Source: a virus
DNA: 64,000 bases
Direction: 5' to 3' (one strand)
IMG/VR virus record: IMGVR_UViG_3300006329_000001
Span: 64,001 to 128,000 of that record
The notes under the pieces are model-generated. The model ran no database searches, had not been told where the DNA came from, and saw only the letters and a list, made by a program, of their open reading frames with translations. Positions 33,001 to 42,526 of this stretch are shown here, piece after piece (position 1 is the stretch's first letter; each line of letters begins with the position of its first letter). A program made the position numbers and the translations under genes.

Positions 33001-34742
33001 CCAAAGTTTATAATGTTAATATCTGTGATAACACCGTTAAAGACGGTTGCTGCTGCTTCAGCACCAGTACCACCAATTGATTCTCCTAGTGATCCTTTAC
33101 GATCATCTACAATGTATACAGAAGGTGCATCAGTATAACCAGTACCACCAGTTAATAGATTTATGTTAGTAACACTACCATTTGCTACGGTTACATCAAG
33201 AACTTGTGCACCAATTGGTTGTACAACTCTAGCTCTTGGTGGAGTGGTATAACCACGTCCTCTGTTAGTGATAGTAACTGCAACAATTTCGCCATCTGGA
33301 GACACAGTGCACTCAGCAACAGCATCAACACCATCTGTCGGAGCCTTGTCGATGTAGATGACAGGAGGATTACTATAGCCGATACCACCATCAGTAATAC
33401 TAATAGATCCAGCATTTAAACGTCCCTCCGAGTCAATAGTTGGGTCACTTATTATAGCACCACTTGGGTTAACAAAGGAGATAGCGGGTATAAAATCGTA
33501 GCCTGAACCAGAATTTGTAACTTTTATACTATCTACTTGTCCAGTTGTATCATTAACAGTAATTTCTGCTTTTGCACCTGAACCATTAGTCATATCACTA
33601 GGTTCAGTGATTTTAACCTTAGGAGGGTTATAAGAAGTGTAACCTTGACCACCGTTGATCAACTGAATGTCCTTAATACCTGCGACTAGGGTTCTTGCAG
33701 CAGCACCTTCACCTGTACCTACTGATGTAACGGTAACTTTAGGTGCAAAATTTAGTTCATATCTCTTACCACCATCTTTGACCTGAATTTCTTCGATTTG
33801 ACCATTTAGACCAACACGAGTAACCGCTTTAGCACCTGATCCAACAGAAGGTGAAACATATTCGATAGAACGAATATGAAAAACATCCTGTGGAGTGATA
33901 TTTACAAAATATTTGATTCTAGTGTTGTTATCAGTCAACACATAGTCAATATATGGTCTTAATAGAACACCATTACGGTTAATGATAAGACCAATCTCTG
34001 AAATTGGAGAATATGGAAGATTATCATAAGTAATGGTCATAGAATCTTGACCTGCTAGATCAGCAACAGCAGGGAAGACCAATTCTTTAATTACAGAATC
34101 AGCAAAACCAATGTAATAAAGGATTCTAGTAGAACCAACTACATCAGTACCGATTCTAGTTCTAGGAGCAGTAGTAAAGGTAATATTAGTACCACTAATC
34201 GTATAATCCACATTAGGGATCATACTCTGATTGTAGACTATGACTGCTAAGTGCTCTGCTGAGACAGGTGAGACTGGAGTACCTAAGAACTTGAGTGGAA
34301 AGGTTGTAGTGACATCATCAAAGTCTAAAAATGGACTTTCTAGTTCTTGTCTCTTCTTATTAAATTCTTCTAGTGATAATCCTGGAGTTAGAATAGCATC
34401 AGGACCACGAACCGTATTTTGGTAGTAAATTACCTCATTATCAATCATCACAGATCCATCACGATCCATGAATCCATCAATTGACTCAACTTCTATTAAA
34501 CTATTTGTAGCATCAACGTCCTTAATCAAAGTAGTGCTAGATGCGAGCACTTTTTGATCATATTGGTCAATGTCAAGGTAATCTAATATATTGTTTAATA
34601 AGTCGTACGGACGACCTGTCTTCTCTTGAGATTTATAGTACTCAAAAAGAAACGAGACAAATTGCTCGTCTTCGTGTTTGATAAAGTCAGGTAACTGACC
34701 TTCGACTCTATCAGATATATTAACAGAACTTAGAGTTTGCAT
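9012..34742 (-). CDS. gp7: Giant (8576 aa) gp7-like baseplate wedge initiator fused to a multidomain fibre/appendage
   Basis: Immediately downstream of gp6. Carries gp7-type motifs of cyanomyoviruses: [32 protein letters not shown]...[15 protein letters not shown] and [28 protein letters not shown]...HPAGFNMFG (about 23930-24065). Also Gly-rich repeats, a YHYH-like domain (about 30000-30490), a beta-propeller-like region (about 28000-29150), two LamG/ConA-like domains (about 27320-27880 and 18950-19430), CBM5/12-like repeats (about 26320-26690), phycobiliprotein-like repeats, YPR repeats and a C-terminal Ig-like domain. Confidence 0.75.
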   Translation of the reverse strand: MQTLSSVNISDRVEGQLPDFIKHEDEQFVSFLFEYYKSQEKTGRPYDLLNNILDYLDIDQYDQKVLASSTTLIKDVDATNSLIEVESIDGFMDRDGSVMIDNEVIYYQNTVRGPDAILTPGLSLEEFNKKRQELESPFLDFDDVTTTFPLKFLGTPVSPVSAEHLAVIVYNQSMIPNVDYTISGTNITFTTAPRTRIGTDVVGSTRILYYIGFADSVIKELVFPAVADLAGQDSMTITYDNLPYSPISEIGLIINRNGVLLRPYIDYVLTDNNTRIKYFVNITPQDVFHIRSIEYVSPSVGSGAKAVTRVGLNGQIEEIQVKDGGKRYELNFAPKVTVTSVGTGEGAAARTLVAGIKDIQLINGGQGYTSYNPPKVKITEPSDMTNGSGAKAEITVNDTTGQVDSIKVTNSGSGYDFIPAISFVNPSGAIISDPTIDSEGRLNAGSISITDGGIGYSNPPVIYIDKAPTDGVDAVAECTVSPDGEIVAVTITNRGRGYTTPPRARVVQPIGAQVLDVTVANGSVTNINLLTGGTGYTDAPSVYIVDDRKGSLGESIGGTGAEAAATVFNGVITDINIINFGTGYSTTEPPTVYIAEPLAAQASCDVGFGEVTGFSILSTGKEYQPSSLQGCARGVSEIVDFDKFGNQIFAKEEQLRQSDHATGAVVHNLDAQIITQVFDKFRRQYMPTINIDYTQVNPIQVIKTIKDFYLSKGTKTAAQYLFKILFGEEVDIFYPRDELIKPSDASWVVDTILRAKLISGDPADLGNAQLVQYADPVDQNIKDANVLIENVISIIEGTDVIYELAISEETLTGEFKIPYKTNLVEPLTTTGNIITVDSTIGWPEKNGTIIIDDEETVQYKEKSLNQFIECTRSQNGVVEDWDPGTIIHSDIFVYVNRGLSTEVKLRVLGIAEAGTTELEDSGSYYLPGDKLNVAALGSSGEDERLQSWLYNVKKLISVTSINPGGLNNQTATVVCSNPHGLLVEDQVTIYGANPAVYNGTFEVTSRLDDFTFSYSIPTPMDIVPQGNILLSVDLNRGKSTETTIDEVISLFTSNIQNAFFNTNYVYVAASGLPNYKVGPFQGSAMIPGNQRKLLRFPRIVETISTRTEVGANYPIGAWVNGVSAWSYKSSEFVTFGPLTTVNITNEGVDYDAGSRPTLEITGGGGTGAAATVTVNGSLDSVEVTAEGSGYTEQPLISIVGGGGSGATAQAVVTNGRVTRILVENPGTGYTSQPTISITGGKGSGALATASVRGAISAVTLSNPGVGYTSTPTIKLNSGEGALAQPIVINGRIVSIAIINSGDAYTSAPKVYVNGDGFGAQATAVIGTLGEDKGKVISVSITNKGVGYTQGMTTVRLEAVGQLATFTADVFQWNKNIEYQLDPDPANPTAQNTDGSLKRKYDIARGYVFTGFNNQYGGEYAHVSDPKELRYVIGDNVFLNPETNRFQEVPSNISHSPIIGWAFDGNPIYGPYGYIDPTDQNSGIRRMRSSYTLKTEIVEDEDTNPNPARIDGPSLDTYPAGYFVNDYKYTFQQGDLDAYNGRFCKTPDYPAGTYAYFITIDESDAGLPVFPYIIGPSFNSVVDTWNLSQTATQENIPQDVARFRDPYVNVDIDIERQPNQQADSFVTEREGDLLIFEIEDLDGDAIISPAEIATEQAITEEAALQIYDYFPRVSAESRVDIEVDTTTKFESAQIDGFVVENAGVSYQVDDTLFFDNTGTDGFGASAIIESVQGRDIAAYTKEVINDIPYGKITTATDHELIAQDEIIVNSRVITDNTNKRYYMSVVTGIETITVTQSGIGYNTQIPPTYEIITSSGQDVNFNIVLDETTGKVGSVNIVNSGFGYDVDAPPQIRVSHPQQYKKTYYWLSEYYEDTDKIQIFDSQITTDRYIYICGELTQVNGDSSAFLAKFTDLGVLVWDRTLLPSASNKVARWKSMYLDETSEENELIYIIGETESQTTATYNPDILVAKYESGFNNANAPEGIVRWQKEIAGVSGSARRDYAGDIHLDDEQRVYICGWTDTNSPDPNDIWVMQLNNLGDVVEKRKFASDDEGESMNQLKFIGNNKMLWTGVDADNNDLLFGEMEYDGANIELNYTKRLAIAGGSVQRPQFILDEWNDLFFICDMWNGTKNYGIAFFKIPIDQLSTNPAAGPTYEFSKIIAPSGNFEAVKHAGINLDVFGNVSVVADLKYWDNDRQIVAMNFKYDGSLLKSTNIEDTDDIGMSAWSHQVDNSGDVIIPCNKQLPVQTYVARFENENDLDEDSTKQALVTTSFSNAAYAIHNTSEFKFGAGALKFSGGPAYMKAAGAGITTNWTVSSWSYMEPSHASNNPKVEMFTIDDATGNSLVVTVDGNASSPNLGKIEMTIAPQGGGGSTTASVGSTYWTAMGSSSFHHWAIVKEEPTLGSYKYSVYFDGAQVCTATVVTNIGLNDVYVGANKTTPATGNCLLGTIDDFVIDPNSVWSGTFTLPTERYRITSTDSRVNIIKFDRQHDKRGDYSAFSETTHTKALKFTETSGININTLSNPVVTVWTQGSSGLQILDYSDVISQLAPGSYNFTSASHTFASKTSTIPSPLGRKVKVTAVPMAKFYVRDAGFQKIDLVKEFTFNQDIKFTKGTILQQTNENGIVQGFGTIVEVPTGTIDTPGVGNKYKVGKIYGTFSNDTTDLYQNDIGEENTIDDVVFEQARTQDQWVTSKAYTVDTQVYNAGKIYKATNNATSGVTAPTHEIGIVTDGGVLWQFISVAGPIEVDLIEHAWPKPTIPLWSPSKSFSLNDEVYWGRQRYKCTTAGVSSTVAPTHTSGTATDGTVVWTWQQQYDALSQYARFRPYDPGDYRVKILEVYPGSDFIVGDVISLGGSVTAGPKTDFPKIGQINGVTTVKKIELVVTLNKDIIRTGETRTDLIYCNALSAHRFSAGDILFVEGFQGTQFDGSFFVEEVFSSRDFTYRMRATALSDPLFDNSAIASVKISSKHPTLMLVRNHSYIFDMSDASNQDYYLSFSQDNQFKLEYSFNVIEREGIPGQSSSTEVPIVKFTVGGEVTNITYYFDPSRTLSTNSPVGSESFIDVIKTPYDGTFNIAAIISDTEFRFPLEHEPEFNTAMIGLDDQDKPNSYYSTTSKKAIGPINTIKLISPGGFYKKLPIISEVASDRKIEKIRITNGGTEYAPGVYTQVPIIGDGEGGLANITVTIDAETDSGTISDVALIDPGSGYTTGVIDVDGIPGILGPTLSGSGAELTVVIPAEGTGASIFLTGTQIGKIKTLKNNEFGYGYSHDYTLRPEIAFPVNLQLFNTSILSQIKITNPGAGYTSAPVVVIEGGGGTGANAEAVVKNNRLSEIIVKDPGAGYSSEPVVTLKSEFTYVVNLDLNYLQFNFPHGITTGAAVQFRAEDIGTTIGELPKPSSVGLTSLSSTQTYYAIAGDANSLESDQLRFALTPADADSGNFITFLTQGDGRQVLLTEVFGGQATAVVETSRFLESEEVFQGESYELANAFGTVSINDGWQIGPKILKIVNPSGEFVVGGKVQGVISRASGIIDNVNIARGILNIDALTRTSGRFIDDVGKPSEIVQKIQDSYFYQNFSYVIKSQIPINRWKKQVLENNHPAGFNMFGQLELTGGKDVSGRKIGTEFTKQVNINEYTNVNQITSFGAAQPIYSTFNNSEVLFRKKRLTNSEEILTSIVKKLDNISDQFDGSTKGFPLSVEGEQVIIKENQMLVTLNGVIQSPGTAYQIVGNQIVFAEPPRPDSKVVYRNVEIQILQITRLNLNTIGGIFPQIGDFVSGFTSNANSRVVATGAASIDVIDITSGPYQLNERIDVSRTGFSALIGSIDVLSQETIFEFEEIVTKVALSGETAKVEETNLDLDGNTDSFLVLSKTSGTAEYETGAYAIFLNDFIYSSASNIAAKVVGISPYRDPISSINLATAVAFEEGDQLTGGISGALAEVVRVDAEAQPPVLYFVAKSVANFVDGETITAGSLNATVSGDIKLGDVVDTLIINKGSTFFGLVFERLISLSNQNIILDNISETTITPTTLTDAADRINADFLDYESVRSTEIEYNNLSGGTITNNDKIRSINVSYGNAETDAINRYKDAARSIRNNRQEIIDFATSQIAIDYPDFYYTGETETTQYGRFKDGYRLIQKNSEWIIAKAYQDMIVQYPSSTIPSATKCKRDMRYLIDALSRDTGWGGTVYTRKFLQKYFPDGTSLAYLLGEETETVWGFQRCVDYMQDAIQNTLSGSETIDAVVYTKYNEQSSGPNNNTGITADPNPGGNYGSAGTNTTNNGADNCADVQAALTTLWTNVKEVLEAASLSDLIDLTTPDAGYTPKEIKCNRDTGYFIDAIADDLESDGNYAIVTFTKKFFDSNGIPINNGLPETEEAITAFNKAKELCKRAMRNLLYSQSLSETGYNLNDPTTYSAPYLESSSVAHYYDPDYASGSNQNETNCANVASSIDTLANLATTAFSGDQFTPSGATYNATTGDMVLTIGSHTLTTSDTVRIDPYGLTFTCGMDGNTAQKTYPRPTDPWYEKQIPITAVGGGNTTITINVGTTPLVNHDVTAANYNITSGDLQLTIGAHTLEVGTSIKLATESLRFQCAYNGGGEGLYPRANGANTSSGADYAYDTALPIISKTGTTITVNVNGGQGAISNTDAHTFVSATAGAVISGGNYTHTFVSAIANSVKAGGNLDNINALSVISDGTYQENENIRVYKFAYKDRGGTGFFVPGDTIIGATTGASFPLKGANSGLRWLYAQTVTGIFKLKEYVTNTKITNNPGGSNVNITPTGATYDPDTGQLTLTLNNHGYSVGNKVSFAVNALRFSCAMDGNASNHDYPRADDPVGQGQQLQILKTTTNTFTVNVGATPKTYLQVTGADYDPITGSTVLNVGNHNLNVGDSIRLKPNSLIFTCTQDSDATEHSYPRVAGSGNPSGGQDPVYNTKINVTSIGVQATFTSSDAVYEPSNGTLKLSIVNHGMQTGNRIKIATDSLTFSCTKDGNGSNHTYPRSTDPVDNQWLDVTVIDDNNIGVQVGESPADEQYVHTYVTSGSNNITRQDGTITINVLSSAPSSNTTPHTFVRAIADAVEVGGSYAHTFQSAVTNATTIYPASARLTAIEKRSGTKSLKLDSGAYLSYALSTIPAFGTSDFTIEMWVRPTTAMNTTKYLLDMRTSGASEVNSPSLYFDSGNLKYKINGSDVISGAHGMSANTWYHIAMTRTSQILKLWVNGSQVGTDYTDTNTYRERKMTIGAEWNGGNNYVGYIDNVVFYGGESKYTSSFTPSTLFPTSTTGITFSMSNELPIIMSNNEAYATLTGTTNSASQATKVDYDTREVIVEEVDISRDAFRQAADILELNRAWIAETAVWKMKAKFPDLVMPGDTADGVGPQQGTSFCLRDTKEFILKGVIQDLRYGGNYNSTLAARNYLTAYEGLEHIANEILQSIYTYRELAPICNYVITTTSSDLKTYGGTQYTDILRIPNNFSSPASQEIQDAIVKLCDDIGDVLGPTGQRFRDAGDLIWQNRDAIAAEAVGWLEATYQANINSTTYDFYQNPNANPNKCTFEIKTYILPAIIADLVTGGTNAIQYNTSKFLNANNELYSVDNELSAVLDVYEYVRMLCKKCINNTLLPQGQTAAGLGEDIPTVYQDDYYPMQYTDLAVYRDPTITIDPEGYNPDAYDSNNRVLDAAHLIEKNANVIAWEAVHTMNDLSKFLNFTVPDGAQNCVDDVLDILKAVAHDLRKGGNSKTYEAAALYLDPETDNLIQLNGRQHTHQFVRASLNAIEAGGNYGHTFVTAATNAVTDNGGGQHTPQNVVYQPSTGNLILTIPSHGLTSSNTIEIAEDGLTFTCEMNQNEDNHTYPRKGDPAYGKSLAITAYTLSTITVNVGTTPLVYYNVSAADYNPVSGALQMTIGAHQLVTGQSFRFKKEALTFTCDRDDYITEHSYPRDTDPVYNTSVEITEVSQTSHTPTGATYDPNTGVVAFTLNGHPFTGQSQDTVETATYNPETGIMTLTCTNHGFSVGDSVKIADNSLTFTCMLDNNVSDHTYPRSTDPASNSWLPILNVTNNTFDVQVLAEIPSTNVTAHTFKSATSNGITKANDYVMITENALSLQCNSQTKQYPRPQDPAYKAWLPVTYVDANTFSVQVLTTVPSTNTSAHSFVSFTTDGLKRQTGQITCNVGVAPGEDEAGISVLKIATEIAIMTIRNGFGRENLYIYNPDADTGDDDGITGGGSESFDNVDVSTYERNAVKDRFINAADVIERNIRVIAEETIAAAKVQYPSLNIPGGNINCVHDLSDFLDAMVWNLRHGGNNKIVRAAEYYVNEGLTHATEAIWICNYARDLAIQVMRNESLALNYGADPSFDTAIDIVDVASTTHTATNAAYDAGTGLLTLTVSGHGFGVGDKINVADNSLTLTCSMDNFYSNHTYPRSTDPVSGQWLPIISKTNDTFTVNVGTSKIKKFTPTNVVYEPNTGNLILTIGNHTLSQGTNIKIADNSLSFTCVMDGNNSTKTYPRTTDPVSGEPVQIIGTTETTITVNVGASVIKNYDVHNAVFTPNTGNIVLSIGAHEFRTGESIKIATSSLVFKCDEDSQATNHVYPRASAPNGPDPAWNTAINIDAVGHTTHTPTSAAYNSSTGVMTLTMNNHGLAGHTTHTIESATYTPADGKMVVTITNHGFANNDRIKIAANSISFTCGLDGNSAVKSYPRQYGSAAPGGSDYPFDKWLQVTNVTNDTFEVNVGISSDTTTHNFVTASPNGVTYAGDMVKIAPNAVTFRCNKDGNSSDHSYPRTTDPVYDEWLPVTFVDNNNFSIQVGISGPNDQYTHQFQSFAANGLHKQDGTITLDVNDGSGAISNLTTHYFQYAVSGAVISGGNYQHTFKSATAGAIHTGGDYTHQFVSATTNGITRQNPSGVVTLQVGASGPNDQYTHAFVSAQTGALITGGNYQHQFVSALPGAVMTGGAYDHTFVSAATNCVNVGGAPTELTPNGATYDGTTGELILTFASAHNLTNSNTITIDDNGLNFTCDFDGNSTVHGYPRSTDYASGQTLSITAYTSTSITVNVTSTPFVDFNVSNATYDAGTGHLVLDIGSNTLEGPSAAKTVTGAAYDPNTGVMTLTINGHGWNNGDKVNIADNSLTFTCTQGSGNHSYPRSSDPASGNWLTISNVGTNTFDVQVLENIPSTNTTTHSFVSATSGGVVRAGANVKIRTDSLTFTCAQDDYTTNHTYPRAKDPAFDRPMPIVAKSGNTITVDVGQSPIVTYTPTNATYDPATGYLALTIGSHDLFTGTSVKLAPNSLTFTCSRDGNTAQKTYPRSGHKYKQSFYNDLDFKPYSASNYVITADTNNPKCADVASAITTSMAIYTTAINTPAALTDGTITKSLPMIWPVKYAPEMAERDVSITFHTDGADAGDWNTTCPTAAANIESLMQIIIDTIYLAKGGGGSHLDAIEKIPPFRFNQNYQTFTCYNVTSATDTLFDVLLNTLGGGSKSDKKCARHLLFNKHAIVNKAYDRTVNQYPGTGADKQFADDMIHALLYDMNTGGNQGMLKLVNTWFDGEGNFIAFPTVVRQHLLFYTTRIREYVKRTLYDQNNTSQWSGYDIYKDTTNSAAIPDRFEYDWESTEFRIDSSLNLAYHGLNRSQPPSNNLVNYINSTHVTNLQNLYDEGEDYNTDPELILLTPTIEVGFERRESVVRITRPNFFFRGDIVAYVPASGQIEQSLQDQTYYYVLNATADWFEIAREIKHDARYRLFQLNKSLTGQQRLQTVVRSGISLPAAQYPMRDLEQPISAGFNVADILIGATSNALAEVTRIRNNEASIVKLYYKFNIDAATARFTNGETVQKQGAGANNAVVIQTSPLTGDQSDEGYVYVESLTGTFSDNDVIEGATSGQTASINGAGVTRMLINTDRGNFATGEKVFNKTNAAQADIVSYENSEGALVGNTGGRITIDIESIQEDFKDGDIIYGSITDKILDIADIRADGFEPLELNQYVHAVSTIELDIASIVRDGGYSGDFNAGDLVYLLQGTIIKEPGFTAVVTKYQAPDAEATPPVPHKMWIANLQPYGTDSNGEIVTPDSNWLVGGGTALGKFENLNNFPIILAEANGVTENAVSGYGRVSGKSVIGTTGRLWLEDVVGDFPSDLTIISDADWSAGVTQSKGLVGRCNRFFRGFDGEQTTFKLTVNNGESYFPDPAGHLLTFVNGILQPPGANFAYTAFSDQIQFTEPPTVGSEFIGYYVGKLRQLDDISFEFDSLRSSFNLRYAGGFYSLTLTEGVSSSTILPENNIICSLNGVIQEPGVGYELVGSRIIFAEVPRAGSTFVAFSYIGSDADVIAATVVPPIEAGDLLQIEGENENREVALIESSNSLITFEYTGTVKGRNAEALASITTGEINTAIITSPGDGYTSRPNVDVVSSSGFDGRVRALMGLLRIDVKTAGVGYSSPEVTVETEVPDDWTPPVGPAVNQGFDTYAGEGTDNEGNPIVIVPGYIQITAQPVNVTVNQGQTAGFTVLGAFIKSSDGTVGTTPLNYQWQRKQYGETAWANITGATSSVYSTPSAAQADDGDEFRVAITAAGASPVYSNSVILTVQTGATIISNFLPTQIFQ
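12190..22520 (-). repeat. 6-7 helical phycobiliprotein/globin-like repeats in the giant protein
   Basis: Consensus R(F/Y).DA...I..N...IA..A......(Y/F)P....P...KC.RD...(I/L).A...DL..GGN. Cys codons at about 22267, 21784, 18619, 18121, 17632 and 15934, plus a degenerate copy at about 12190-12345. Confidence 0.65.
12870..21375 (-). repeat. About 18 intragenic ~100-aa YPR repeats in the giant protein
   Basis: Consensus A.Y.P.TG.L.LTI..H....G..I.IA..SL.FTC..D.....H.YPR..DP....L.I......T(F/I)TVNVG....H.FVSA. 18 YPR motifs counted by eye in this interval. Confidence 0.85.
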
Positions 34743-34746
34743 CTAA

Positions 34747-36843
34747 TTAGAAACAGGATTCGACTTCTGGATACTCGAAAGCATCGATTGGGTAACTGAT
34801 GATATTTATTGGGGTTCCACCGTAGTTCCATCCACCAAAGTTATTAGGATCAAATGTTGGAACAGTTGTTGGGTTAGTAATGAAATCAATTGGGTAAACT
34901 TCAGGGTTAAAGATTGTAGGATCAACTCCTGGTGGAATTGTAATCGAATCTGAGTCTGGGTATACAACAACAGGAATTCTTGGAGTGCCATCAGATGTAT
35001 CAGCAACATCTAAAGGTCCTACACAAACTATACCGTTTTGATAATCAACGGTTCCTATGCTGTTATTAAGAATTACTTCTTTTTCGTTACGAGTGGCAAC
35101 TAATAGAAGATTTCCTTTTCCATCATCACGAATATTAACTGGTACTAACACTTCAGTTGTTCTAGTACCTGAGGCATATACAGCTTCTGATGCATCTGAC
35201 GAAGCAGTACCACCACCTGCAGTAGATCCGTCCGCTAAGAGGTCTGCAAGGTTCTCTGTGTACCCTGTAGCGTAGAACTTACCAGATTTAACTGCACTAT
35301 ACTTAGGAGGGCATGTGGAGTCTCCTGCATCGTTTCCACCTAAGTCACTTGGGTTCGTAATTGGGTTACCAAAGTCTAAACATTGGGTAAATACGTTTCC
35401 AAATGTAAATTGGTCTAAATTTTGACCCATAGTAAGTTGAGTACTGGTTCCAGAAATAGCATCGTCTGAAGCATCAACCATTGAGTTAAATTTAGATTTC
35501 TCTAATCTATTGTTAAACCTATTTTCACGATTCTGACCGTTATACTGGTCAATAGACTTGAGAATTTCAGTACCTAGTTCATTTGACGATCTAGAAGTTT
35601 CGTTACCGTTATAGAAAGGATAAACTTTAGGTGTAATATAGAATATTCTTGGGTCAACGATTACTGGTTCGATAGATGCCATCGAATACTTCAGTAATTG
35701 GTTCTTAATACGAACCTTTGTGGTAGTATTAAGGTTAACACCTGATTTTGACCTAACAGCAATATAAACCTTACCGTAAATAGGAGGATTTAACTTCTCA
35801 CCACCATATGCGGTAACTGCTGCTGCTTGAGGATACAGAGTAGAAACGATATAAGCATAATCGTCTTCTGTAACTGCCCTAGACTGCGTTGAGAACTGCC
35901 TAGGAGCACGGAATTTGACTGCCAACGCTGATTCCCTGTCAGTACCATCTTGACTGCTGTCTATGGTCGCTAGAGACATGCTAGAAGGAGGTATAGCACG
36001 ACCTTGGGAGTCTACTGCTTGTCCAATAAAGGAGAACTTAGTACATCCGTTTGCTTCGGTTCCTGCAGTACTTACATACTCTAATATAATGAACTCATTA
36101 TCAATCAATTTACGTCCTAGAACCCCATCACCGAAGATTACCTTGTATCTAAGGTCTTCAGTCTCCTCTAGGAAGTAGTTTCTTGATGTAGATGTTAAAT
36201 CTACCACGTTTGTAGACAATGAATACTCATCAAGCTCTACAGACTGTTCTGAAGGTTTAACAGAAACAGTCAAAAGTTCAGTATCGACTGATTCAGCAGG
36301 TATTACAAACTCTTGCTTTTTAGTGTCATCAACTGTGTATGTAAATCTAAGTAAATTACCCTGATGAATAATAACCTTAGTAAAACTTGCTATACCATTG
36401 TTTTGGTCAACTGATACAGTTACATCATCTAGTAAACAATAAGTGTAGGTGTCATTTGTGTTACTAGAAATGTAGACATCACCCTTTCTGATAGTTACTG
36501 TGTCTGGGTATGATTGTCCACCTGGAATCAGTGCAGTCTGAATTGCCATTCTGACGCACGCTTTTGATGCTTTAATGGAACGAGGGGTATAACCAAGCTG
36601 CTTTGCTATTCTTACAATATTATCCCTTACCGTTGCTGACTCAAGAAACGCTTCATTCATGCTCATGTTAGCATTAAATGAAGTGTAGTATGTGTTGTAG
36701 GCAAGTATGTCTATTAAGTATGAAGCAGCCGATCCCTCAAAGTCATAATCGGTAAACTCATCACGAGTACGCAAATACGACTTAATGGACTCTTTTATCT
36801 CAAAGAAATCCAGAGAGGTTAATTCTGATGGGGTAGCTGGCAT
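34747..36843 (-). CDS. gp6: Baseplate wedge subunit gp6
   Basis: 698 aa with LDFFEIKESIKSYLR...FTDYDFEGS...LIDILAYNTYY...NEAFLESA.VRDNIV.IAK.LGYTPRS and QSRAVTEDDY, the classic T4 gp6 motifs. Follows gp25. Confidence 0.93.
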   Translation of the reverse strand: MPATPSELTSLDFFEIKESIKSYLRTRDEFTDYDFEGSAASYLIDILAYNTYYTSFNANMSMNEAFLESATVRDNIVRIAKQLGYTPRSIKASKACVRMAIQTALIPGGQSYPDTVTIRKGDVYISSNTNDTYTYCLLDDVTVSVDQNNGIASFTKVIIHQGNLLRFTYTVDDTKKQEFVIPAESVDTELLTVSVKPSEQSVELDEYSLSTNVVDLTSTSRNYFLEETEDLRYKVIFGDGVLGRKLIDNEFIILEYVSTAGTEANGCTKFSFIGQAVDSQGRAIPPSSMSLATIDSSQDGTDRESALAVKFRAPRQFSTQSRAVTEDDYAYIVSTLYPQAAAVTAYGGEKLNPPIYGKVYIAVRSKSGVNLNTTTKVRIKNQLLKYSMASIEPVIVDPRIFYITPKVYPFYNGNETSRSSNELGTEILKSIDQYNGQNRENRFNNRLEKSKFNSMVDASDDAISGTSTQLTMGQNLDQFTFGNVFTQCLDFGNPITNPSDLGGNDAGDSTCPPKYSAVKSGKFYATGYTENLADLLADGSTAGGGTASSDASEAVYASGTRTTEVLVPVNIRDDGKGNLLLVATRNEKEVILNNSIGTVDYQNGIVCVGPLDVADTSDGTPRIPVVVYPDSDSITIPPGVDPTIFNPEVYPIDFITNPTTVPTFDPNNFGGWNYGGTPINIISYPIDAFEYPEVESCF
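34803..34810 (-). promoter_or_regulatory. Possible late promoter (AATAAATA) for the giant gene, inside the gp6 3' end
   Basis: NATAAATA about 60 nt upstream of the 34742 start. Confidence 0.4.
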
Positions 36844-36844
36844 G

Positions 36845-37258
36845 TTAGGTTCTCTCTAGGATGAACTCAACTGTTTGTGTAATATTCTGACCAATTATAG
36901 AATATTCGATTCCAACGTCTAACTCATTATCATCTAATGATTGGTTAACGCTTATTTGCTTAACCGCCACTCTGGGTTCTAATCGTTTAATCGTATTTTC
37001 TATTTCATCACGAAGATCTTCTGCAAGAAAGACATCAAAGGGTTCGAAGAGTAGTCCTGCTACTCTAGATCCAATGTCATACTGATAAGGTCTTTCACCA
37101 AACTGAGTAAGTATTAAATTACGAACAGATTGCTTAATTGCATTCTCATTTTTGACAGCACTAAAGTCCCTAGTATTAGGATTTGACTTAAAGGAAATTG
37201 CAAAATCCTTAAAACCTCTACTAAAGAACTTCTCAGACCTAAATCTGTAGCCTGCCAT
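36845..37258 (-). CDS. gp25: Baseplate wedge subunit gp25 (GPW/gp25 family)
   Basis: AIKQSVRNLILTQFGERPY...GS....LLFEP...IENTIKRLEPRV motif. Confidence 0.93.
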   Translation of the reverse strand: MAGYRFRSEKFFSRGFKDFAISFKSNPNTRDFSAVKNENAIKQSVRNLILTQFGERPYQYDIGSRVAGLLFEPFDVFLAEDLRDEIENTIKRLEPRVAVKQISVNQSLDDNELDVGIEYSIIGQNITQTVEFILERT

Positions 37259-37288
37259 TATTTAATTGTTTATAACAGTTATCTGGAT

Positions 37289-37296
37289 TATTTATA
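37289..37296 (-). promoter_or_regulatory. T4 late promoter TATAAATA
   Basis: Exact gp55 consensus about 30 nt upstream of the gp25 ATG, overlapping the SET gene stop. Confidence 0.8.
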
Positions 37297-37579
37297 GCAC
37301 TTTGTAGAAAGTATACTTTAAAAACAATTCTTCACCTTTTTTAATGGGTTTAATGGTCTTCATATAGTACTTCGAACCTTCTGACCACTTCCTACAGTTA
37401 GGTTTTTCACTGTGATTTATAAACCCTCCTAGGGGTGTTCTAATTATCTCTTCATCTACAACAATATGGGACATCCCAAGTAACAAATTCTCAGGAATAT
37501 CCTGTGAGGCAAAAATGCCCTGTCCTGAGACAGGGCTATCTTTTATATGTAAGTACTTTGGCAATGCCTGATAGCTCAC
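37292..37579 (-). CDS. Minimal SET-domain protein (lysine methyltransferase-like)
   Basis: 95 aa with SPVSGQGIFASQDI (motif I), GFINHSEKPNC (RFxNHSxxPN) and IKKGEELFLKY (GEELxxxY). GTG start overlaps the upstream TGA. Confidence 0.85.
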   Translation of the reverse strand: MSYQALPKYLHIKDSPVSGQGIFASQDIPENLLLGMSHIVVDEEIIRTPLGGFINHSEKPNCRKWSEGSKYYMKTIKPIKKGEELFLKYTFYKVL

Positions 37580-37710
37580 TTTCCTTGTCCTCTATATTTC
37601 TTCTTTGCTCCATTACGGGAAGTTGCAGAGTACTTTGTATTCATCGATGACCCTTGTCTGGTCTTCTTTGGTTTAGTCTCTTTTAAATTCCCTGCGATGT
37701 AAACTGCCAT
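37576..37710 (-). CDS. Small basic 44-aa protein (MAVYIAGNLKETKPKKTRQGSSMNTKYSATSRNGAKKKYRGQGK)
   Basis: Below the ORF-track cutoff; translated by hand. AAAGGAGA RBS upstream, and its stop overlaps the SET start (GTGA). Confidence 0.75.
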   Translation of the reverse strand: MAVYIAGNLKETKPKKTRQGSSMNTKYSATSRNGAKKKYRGQGK

Positions 37711-37728
37711 AATCTCCTTTGAGTGTTT

Positions 37729-38259
37729 CTATGATGATAGCACATTAGGACTACCATATGCAACCACTGAAGAACATGGCCAAGAAAAACCAGGAAATCC
37801 AATACCCAGAGGATCGAATATTCGACCTATAGGGAGTTTGTAGCAAAAGACAGTCTTAGATTGTGCAATGAGGATTCTAGTGTGACCTATACCACCATCT
37901 TCTATGGTCAATAGGGAACATGGGTACGGAGTTGGTATCGGGCATACCGCTTTACCGCACGGACACATGTGTATTACTATATTAGTACACGGTGAGGGGT
38001 GATTAATGAACCTGTCACCAAATGTCATAGTTGGTAAGAAGTTCGTTAGTACTGTTGCCTTCAGTGGATGTAGCGGACCAAAGGGTATCAAAGGAAGAGG
38101 TGGCCACCAACATGTCCACTGTTTAATCTTGATAGGGTACATGGGAGGTGGTCCTGCACATCCCATGACACAATGAACCGTAGACGGAATACAGATTCCG
38201 TGCCCAGAGCAAGGCAATCCCGTAATGGGTGCTACAGGTAATAGAAATCCGTATGCCAT
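37729..38259 (-). CDS. PAAR-like (gp5.4-like) spike-tip protein, Cys/His/Pro-rich
   Basis: CSGHG, HPSPC, GH...SKTVFCYKLPIGRIFD (compare the PAAR motif SxTVFxNGxPAARxGD) and C...AYGSPNV. Located upstream of gp25. Confidence 0.65.
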   Translation of the reverse strand: MAYGFLLPVAPITGLPCSGHGICIPSTVHCVMGCAGPPPMYPIKIKQWTCWWPPLPLIPFGPLHPLKATVLTNFLPTMTFGDRFINHPSPCTNIVIHMCPCGKAVCPIPTPYPCSLLTIEDGGIGHTRILIAQSKTVFCYKLPIGRIFDPLGIGFPGFSWPCSSVVAYGSPNVLSS

Positions 38260-38262
38260 AAT

Positions 38263-41200
38263 CTAGTCTGCAGAATAATGTGTGTCAGGTATTATAAACT
38301 CCTTGTCAAATTCATCCCTATCCTCATCGGAAGGATCGTGTGACGCAGGGTTAATCCGCTTAGTATTATCTATTAGAGTACCAGGATTGGTTAAATTGGT
38401 CATGTTTCCGAATACAAGATCGCATTCACTGAAGTATGGGTTACCAAAGTTCTTAATAGATTCACCATAGGTGATAGTTGACCCAGTATTATAGTTCAGT
38501 ACCGTCATAGTTCCGTTAAACGGTCCTAATAGTATCTCAAACTCACTCACGAGTTTCGGATTTATAGCAATTGCACAGTCAGATACGAAGTCAAGTGCTA
38601 GAGAACCTCCCGAACAAGGAGGATTGGCAATATACCCAACTCCCCAATATCCCGTAGATGCAGTTTTATTGGTACCTGGGTTTGCAGGGTTATATCCGCA
38701 ATACACATCTAAGCATCCATTAGGGTTACTAGCATGGCGGAGATAGGTATCCCAACACTCATTAGGAGGTACTCCATTTACGGGCATGGCTACACCTATG
38801 TTCGTATAGTACCAATATCGTACATCAAGTTCCTGCCCAGTCTCAGGATCTTCCTCATGGGCAATCCAACCTACCTGAGTTCCTGGTGCATGAGTAGATA
38901 AGTTGTCACCTAACCAAGTTTTAAACTGTTCATACTCCGAAAATCCTGATCTGTTGTAATCGTAAGTATTTTCATCACTTCCAACAGGCACAAATACAAT
39001 ATCAGACGCATTACTTGGGTCACGATAGCACCTACCCTCAATATCACCTCGTTTACATGGCCAACACTTGCTATTTCCACCTGGTCCTGAGTCTCTAGTC
39101 CAAGTTAAATTGGGTTCTGGTAAATTCCTTAGGAAGTTCATGAAAGCTTGCCCCTGAGGACCAATTGTATGCCCCTCTAATGCCATCGAAACCCTGAAAC
39201 TAGCCTTCTCTGCCTTCGAAGCACAATATTTGTATACCATGTACCCATATGCCCTCTGTTTACCCTCTTCATTTAACTCAATATAGGGGCAAGGTATGTC
39301 AAAGAAACGTGTAGCGGTGTATAACTTAGGTTGAGGTAGTTTAATACAGTTGTCTTTGTTGTTCCAACCCCATAAATCGGAGAATCCGTCACTTCTATCG
39401 TCTGTTATCCTCACTCCCTTTAACATTTCGGGGTATTGGTTATTCATCATCTCATTAAAACGTGGAGATGCCTTAATCGGACCTGATAAATCCTCCGCAG
39501 TAAACAATGCGTCCTCATATATCCTTGGAAATTCGATGTTTATGCAACTTGCGGGGAAGTTTGAGCACAAATTCGTAGTCTCATCATCATAATCCTTGAT
39601 TCTGACGTAACCAGTAGGGTACTTTGTGGTAAATCCGTTCATCATAGTGTTAAAACCGCCTATGATACCGTCATCCATCTGGTCTATCTGATCATCTGAG
39701 GCATCTGCACGCCCTTTGATGCTCTCTTTTAGTCCATTCTCTGCTCTAATGTTATCTTTAAAGGTTTTTGTCGATAAATTTACGTTAGGACCACGCATTT
39801 TATACGATTCCTTCTCAGTATCGACGATATAAACGTTAGGTCTATTGTTTGGGTCTGGATCATAACCTGATCCACGGTCTTTTATGAGCACTTCTATCAC
39901 AGATCCGTCCTCATTGATCTGTGCAATCTCTAAAACTGCCTTTTTGAGTGGAGTTTTACCTTTTCCTTCCCCACTTGCTCTCCGTAATTGCTTTGCTCCT
40001 GTGTTTATACTCTCGTTTGTACCTTTTATCTGCACATCTCCTGGTGCAGCACCCTTACCATAGGGCATTAAGTTCTCTCTTTCCTGATATGACTCACTCA
40101 TATCCTCTTCTAGCACCGCAGACTGCTTCTTTTTGATATCTTTCATACCAAAATTGTTCTTACTACCGTCTGGATTGTTAACTGGGTCGTTCGGAGAGTT
40201 CACAAATGTCTGATCCCAACCTCCCATGTTGTGAAATACCTTCCTTGCATTGTCATTAGCGGATCTTTCGGTCAAAACTGCAGGTTGTTCGATCTCAATC
40301 TTCGGTGCAGCATACCCAAATCCACCATTTATGATGTCTATACTCTCAACTTGTCCTTCAGAATTGATATTTGCTCTTATTTCTGCTGTATCTAAGGTAC
40401 GATTTGCGATTAATTGTGATGGATCTATCTCAATACGGTAGTAAGTGATCTTTTTAGGGAACTCATACACTCCAAAGAACGCACCTTTGTCCTTAATACC
40501 ATATCCTGCAAGTACTTGGATCTCTCCTAAGTCCGTAGAAGTGAATGCTTGCTGATATGTGAACTCATTTCCTTGACCAGATAGCTCCATATACCCAACT
40601 TTTAGCTCATCACCGAAGTATCTGACCTGTGTGATGTCCCATCCGTTGATTTGTTCACCTATAAAGAAGGAACCTGTGGTAGTTGTGTATCGAAATAGTA
40701 TTCTTGTACTGGTAGTATCCGCAACTAAGAACGATTCATTGACATTTTTCGACTTCATGTCGGATAGAGACATCTTAGTTTTGAGTGTTTCCCACGAATC
40801 TGACCTTATTTCATAGAATCTACTGTATTCTACAGGTACAGGAACGCAGACAGGGCACCCTGAATAGTCAGTATCGTTAGGGCAACACGCTGCATCACTC
40901 AAACTGAAGTTAATTCCGTAGATTGGACCGTTCCATGGGAACGATGTATCATACAGATAGTACATAAACTGCGAATCATACGACTGTTCGTATGAAAGAT
41001 AGCGGGGAAGTGCTGCTTTTACTGCACCATTCCTACCATAGAACCACTCAAACAGTGCATCTGTGGTATTAACACCAGCTACATTGTCAGGATTACCCCA
41101 ACCTTGGATCGAAGGTACGCCATTTTGCTCTCGAAGATACTTTAAGAGTGTCCAGTCGTTGTTCCACTGGTACCAATTTGACCTATTTACGTTACATTCT

Positions 41201-42027
41201 CCCGTTGGACCGATAGATCCGATGTCAGCATACTGGGTAACTGCACTACTTGCCTTGTTTAACTCAAAACAGTAACCAACTATACCTACATATCCCCATA
41301 ATTGATCTCTAGGATCCTTACAATCTGGCACTCCACCACCAGGATTCTGCAATCCAACCTCATTTTGAGGAGAAATAGTGTAGAAGTGGTCTCTCTTCAT
41401 TGTATTTGTATTGTAATAATACTCATACAACGGTCTTACCGACTCACCAGGTGCAGCATACGGTGCTGCGTTCGCTGCACTTGTCCAAATATATCCAATT
41501 ATCTCTCTTAATGCATATCCAGAAGGAGGAGATGCAGTCGTAGACAGCATTGTGTCGTTCAGAGTTGCATTGTAATGTGCATACAACGCTGTAGAACCTG
41601 CTGCTTGGTCTCTTGCTATATGAAATACTGGTCTTCCATCACGAGGTTCCTTGTTATAACCCTCCATGACCTTCTTTGCATTGGGGTCATTGGGGAAATC
41701 ACTCCTGTGATCTAATACTTTGTTCCTTGTATAGGTATGATCTTGATATTTACTACGATACCATCTATAAACTCCTGAACGAAACCCGTCACAAGTTCCC
41801 ACACAGGTCTCATCATCATCTCCCAGATATAAAACTACGTCTTTACCCGCAATCATAGATCCAGGACCGAATCCATTAAACGTTATATTGTAATTAGTTC
41901 CTGGTCCGCTATGGTTATCGTGAGATTGATACCCACCAAAAGCAGGACGCTGAAACGTCTGTGAAAACGTAGACGATGATACAACGTTAGGATAACTTCT
42001 TCCAGTCTCTATTATATAAGCTGGCAT
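38263..42027 (-). CDS. Large (1254 aa) putative virion structural protein
   Basis: Has DHFYT-type repeats (VYRWY...DHTYT; LYEYY...DHFYT), two Gly-rich I..GG.GY..P units shared with baseplate proteins, and many Cys. Sits at the head of the late baseplate operon. Confidence 0.6.
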   Translation of the reverse strand: MPAYIIETGRSYPNVVSSSTFSQTFQRPAFGGYQSHDNHSGPGTNYNITFNGFGPGSMIAGKDVVLYLGDDDETCVGTCDGFRSGVYRWYRSKYQDHTYTRNKVLDHRSDFPNDPNAKKVMEGYNKEPRDGRPVFHIARDQAAGSTALYAHYNATLNDTMLSTTASPPSGYALREIIGYIWTSAANAAPYAAPGESVRPLYEYYYNTNTMKRDHFYTISPQNEVGLQNPGGGVPDCKDPRDQLWGYVGIVGYCFELNKASSAVTQYADIGSIGPTGECNVNRSNWYQWNNDWTLLKYLREQNGVPSIQGWGNPDNVAGVNTTDALFEWFYGRNGAVKAALPRYLSYEQSYDSQFMYYLYDTSFPWNGPIYGINFSLSDAACCPNDTDYSGCPVCVPVPVEYSRFYEIRSDSWETLKTKMSLSDMKSKNVNESFLVADTTSTRILFRYTTTTGSFFIGEQINGWDITQVRYFGDELKVGYMELSGQGNEFTYQQAFTSTDLGEIQVLAGYGIKDKGAFFGVYEFPKKITYYRIEIDPSQLIANRTLDTAEIRANINSEGQVESIDIINGGFGYAAPKIEIEQPAVLTERSANDNARKVFHNMGGWDQTFVNSPNDPVNNPDGSKNNFGMKDIKKKQSAVLEEDMSESYQERENLMPYGKGAAPGDVQIKGTNESINTGAKQLRRASGEGKGKTPLKKAVLEIAQINEDGSVIEVLIKDRGSGYDPDPNNRPNVYIVDTEKESYKMRGPNVNLSTKTFKDNIRAENGLKESIKGRADASDDQIDQMDDGIIGGFNTMMNGFTTKYPTGYVRIKDYDDETTNLCSNFPASCINIEFPRIYEDALFTAEDLSGPIKASPRFNEMMNNQYPEMLKGVRITDDRSDGFSDLWGWNNKDNCIKLPQPKLYTATRFFDIPCPYIELNEEGKQRAYGYMVYKYCASKAEKASFRVSMALEGHTIGPQGQAFMNFLRNLPEPNLTWTRDSGPGGNSKCWPCKRGDIEGRCYRDPSNASDIVFVPVGSDENTYDYNRSGFSEYEQFKTWLGDNLSTHAPGTQVGWIAHEEDPETGQELDVRYWYYTNIGVAMPVNGVPPNECWDTYLRHASNPNGCLDVYCGYNPANPGTNKTASTGYWGVGYIANPPCSGGSLALDFVSDCAIAINPKLVSEFEILLGPFNGTMTVLNYNTGSTITYGESIKNFGNPYFSECDLVFGNMTNLTNPGTLIDNTKRINPASHDPSDEDRDEFDKEFIIPDTHYSAD

Positions 42028-42266
42028 TACTCAAGTTCTTTGATACGACCCTCCAACATATTTAGTCTCGTATACAGATCGTCAAATAATTGACTTAAGT
42101 TTAAATACTCTTCATACCCCTCAGGTTTGTATTTTACCATATTAGCACCAGGCGGGGGTATCTTACTAAATGCTTCTTCCAATCTCTTGGATCTCTCGGC
42201 AAGGTTTTCGAGTGCCTTACCGATCATCTCCATATGTTCTTTGTACTGATCTAAGAATTCTTCCAT
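42027..42266 (-). CDS. Hypothetical coiled-coil protein
   Basis: 79 aa, helical heptad pattern; its stop overlaps the next start. Confidence 0.6.
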   Translation of the reverse strand: MEEFLDQYKEHMEMIGKALENLAERSKRLEEAFSKIPPPGANMVKYKPEGYEEYLNLSQLFDDLYTRLNMLEGRIKELE

Positions 42267-42304
42267 AATGAAACGACGGTATTTTTTTTTACGGTAATTT
42301 TTTT

Positions 42305-42526
42305 TTAATCCTTTACCTTATTAAGTATAACAGACCCGTCAATATCTTCTTCGAAATCTAACAAAGTCCCTTCTATCCATCCCAAGTCCTCAACAAGTGC
42401 CTCAGGGAGTCTCATGAAGAAATCTCCTTCATCGTCCAATTCTACTTTCATAGCATATCTGTGATCCATTAGTATTTTTGTATCTCTAGACACTTTATAT
42501 AGTGTTTTCTTTTTTCCGAAGTACAA
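42305..42526 (-). CDS. AbrB/MazE/SpoVT-like small DNA-binding protein (true start probably about 42451 or 42469)
   Basis: MKVELDDEGDFFMRLPEALVEDLGWIEGTLLDFEEDIDGSVIL matches the swapped-hairpin LP....LGW.EG pattern. Confidence 0.6.
   Translation of the reverse strand: MYFGKKKTLYKVSRDTKILMDHRYAMKVELDDEGDFFMRLPEALVEDLGWIEGTLLDFEEDIDGSVILNKVKD

Noticed and set aside
9012-34742. Giant ORF as an intein-containing gene or an artefactual fusion
   Set aside because: No intein Cys...His-Asn splice motifs or LAGLIDADG blocks were recognised. The frame is continuous, and domains split by insertions resume coherently. Mis-assembly of repeat copy number cannot be fully excluded without reads.
41-42000. 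Many plus-strand ORFs of 60-156 aa (e.g. 3042-3407, 4558-5028, 24970-25353) and short minus-strand out-of-frame ORFs inside the large genes
   Set aside because: They are antisense or alternate-frame shadows of long structural genes, with no RBS or promoter context and no recognisable motifs.
42305-42526. AbrB/MazE-like gene as the antitoxin of a toxin-antitoxin pair
   Set aside because: The downstream 79-aa ORF is a coiled-coil with no PIN/MazF/Doc features.
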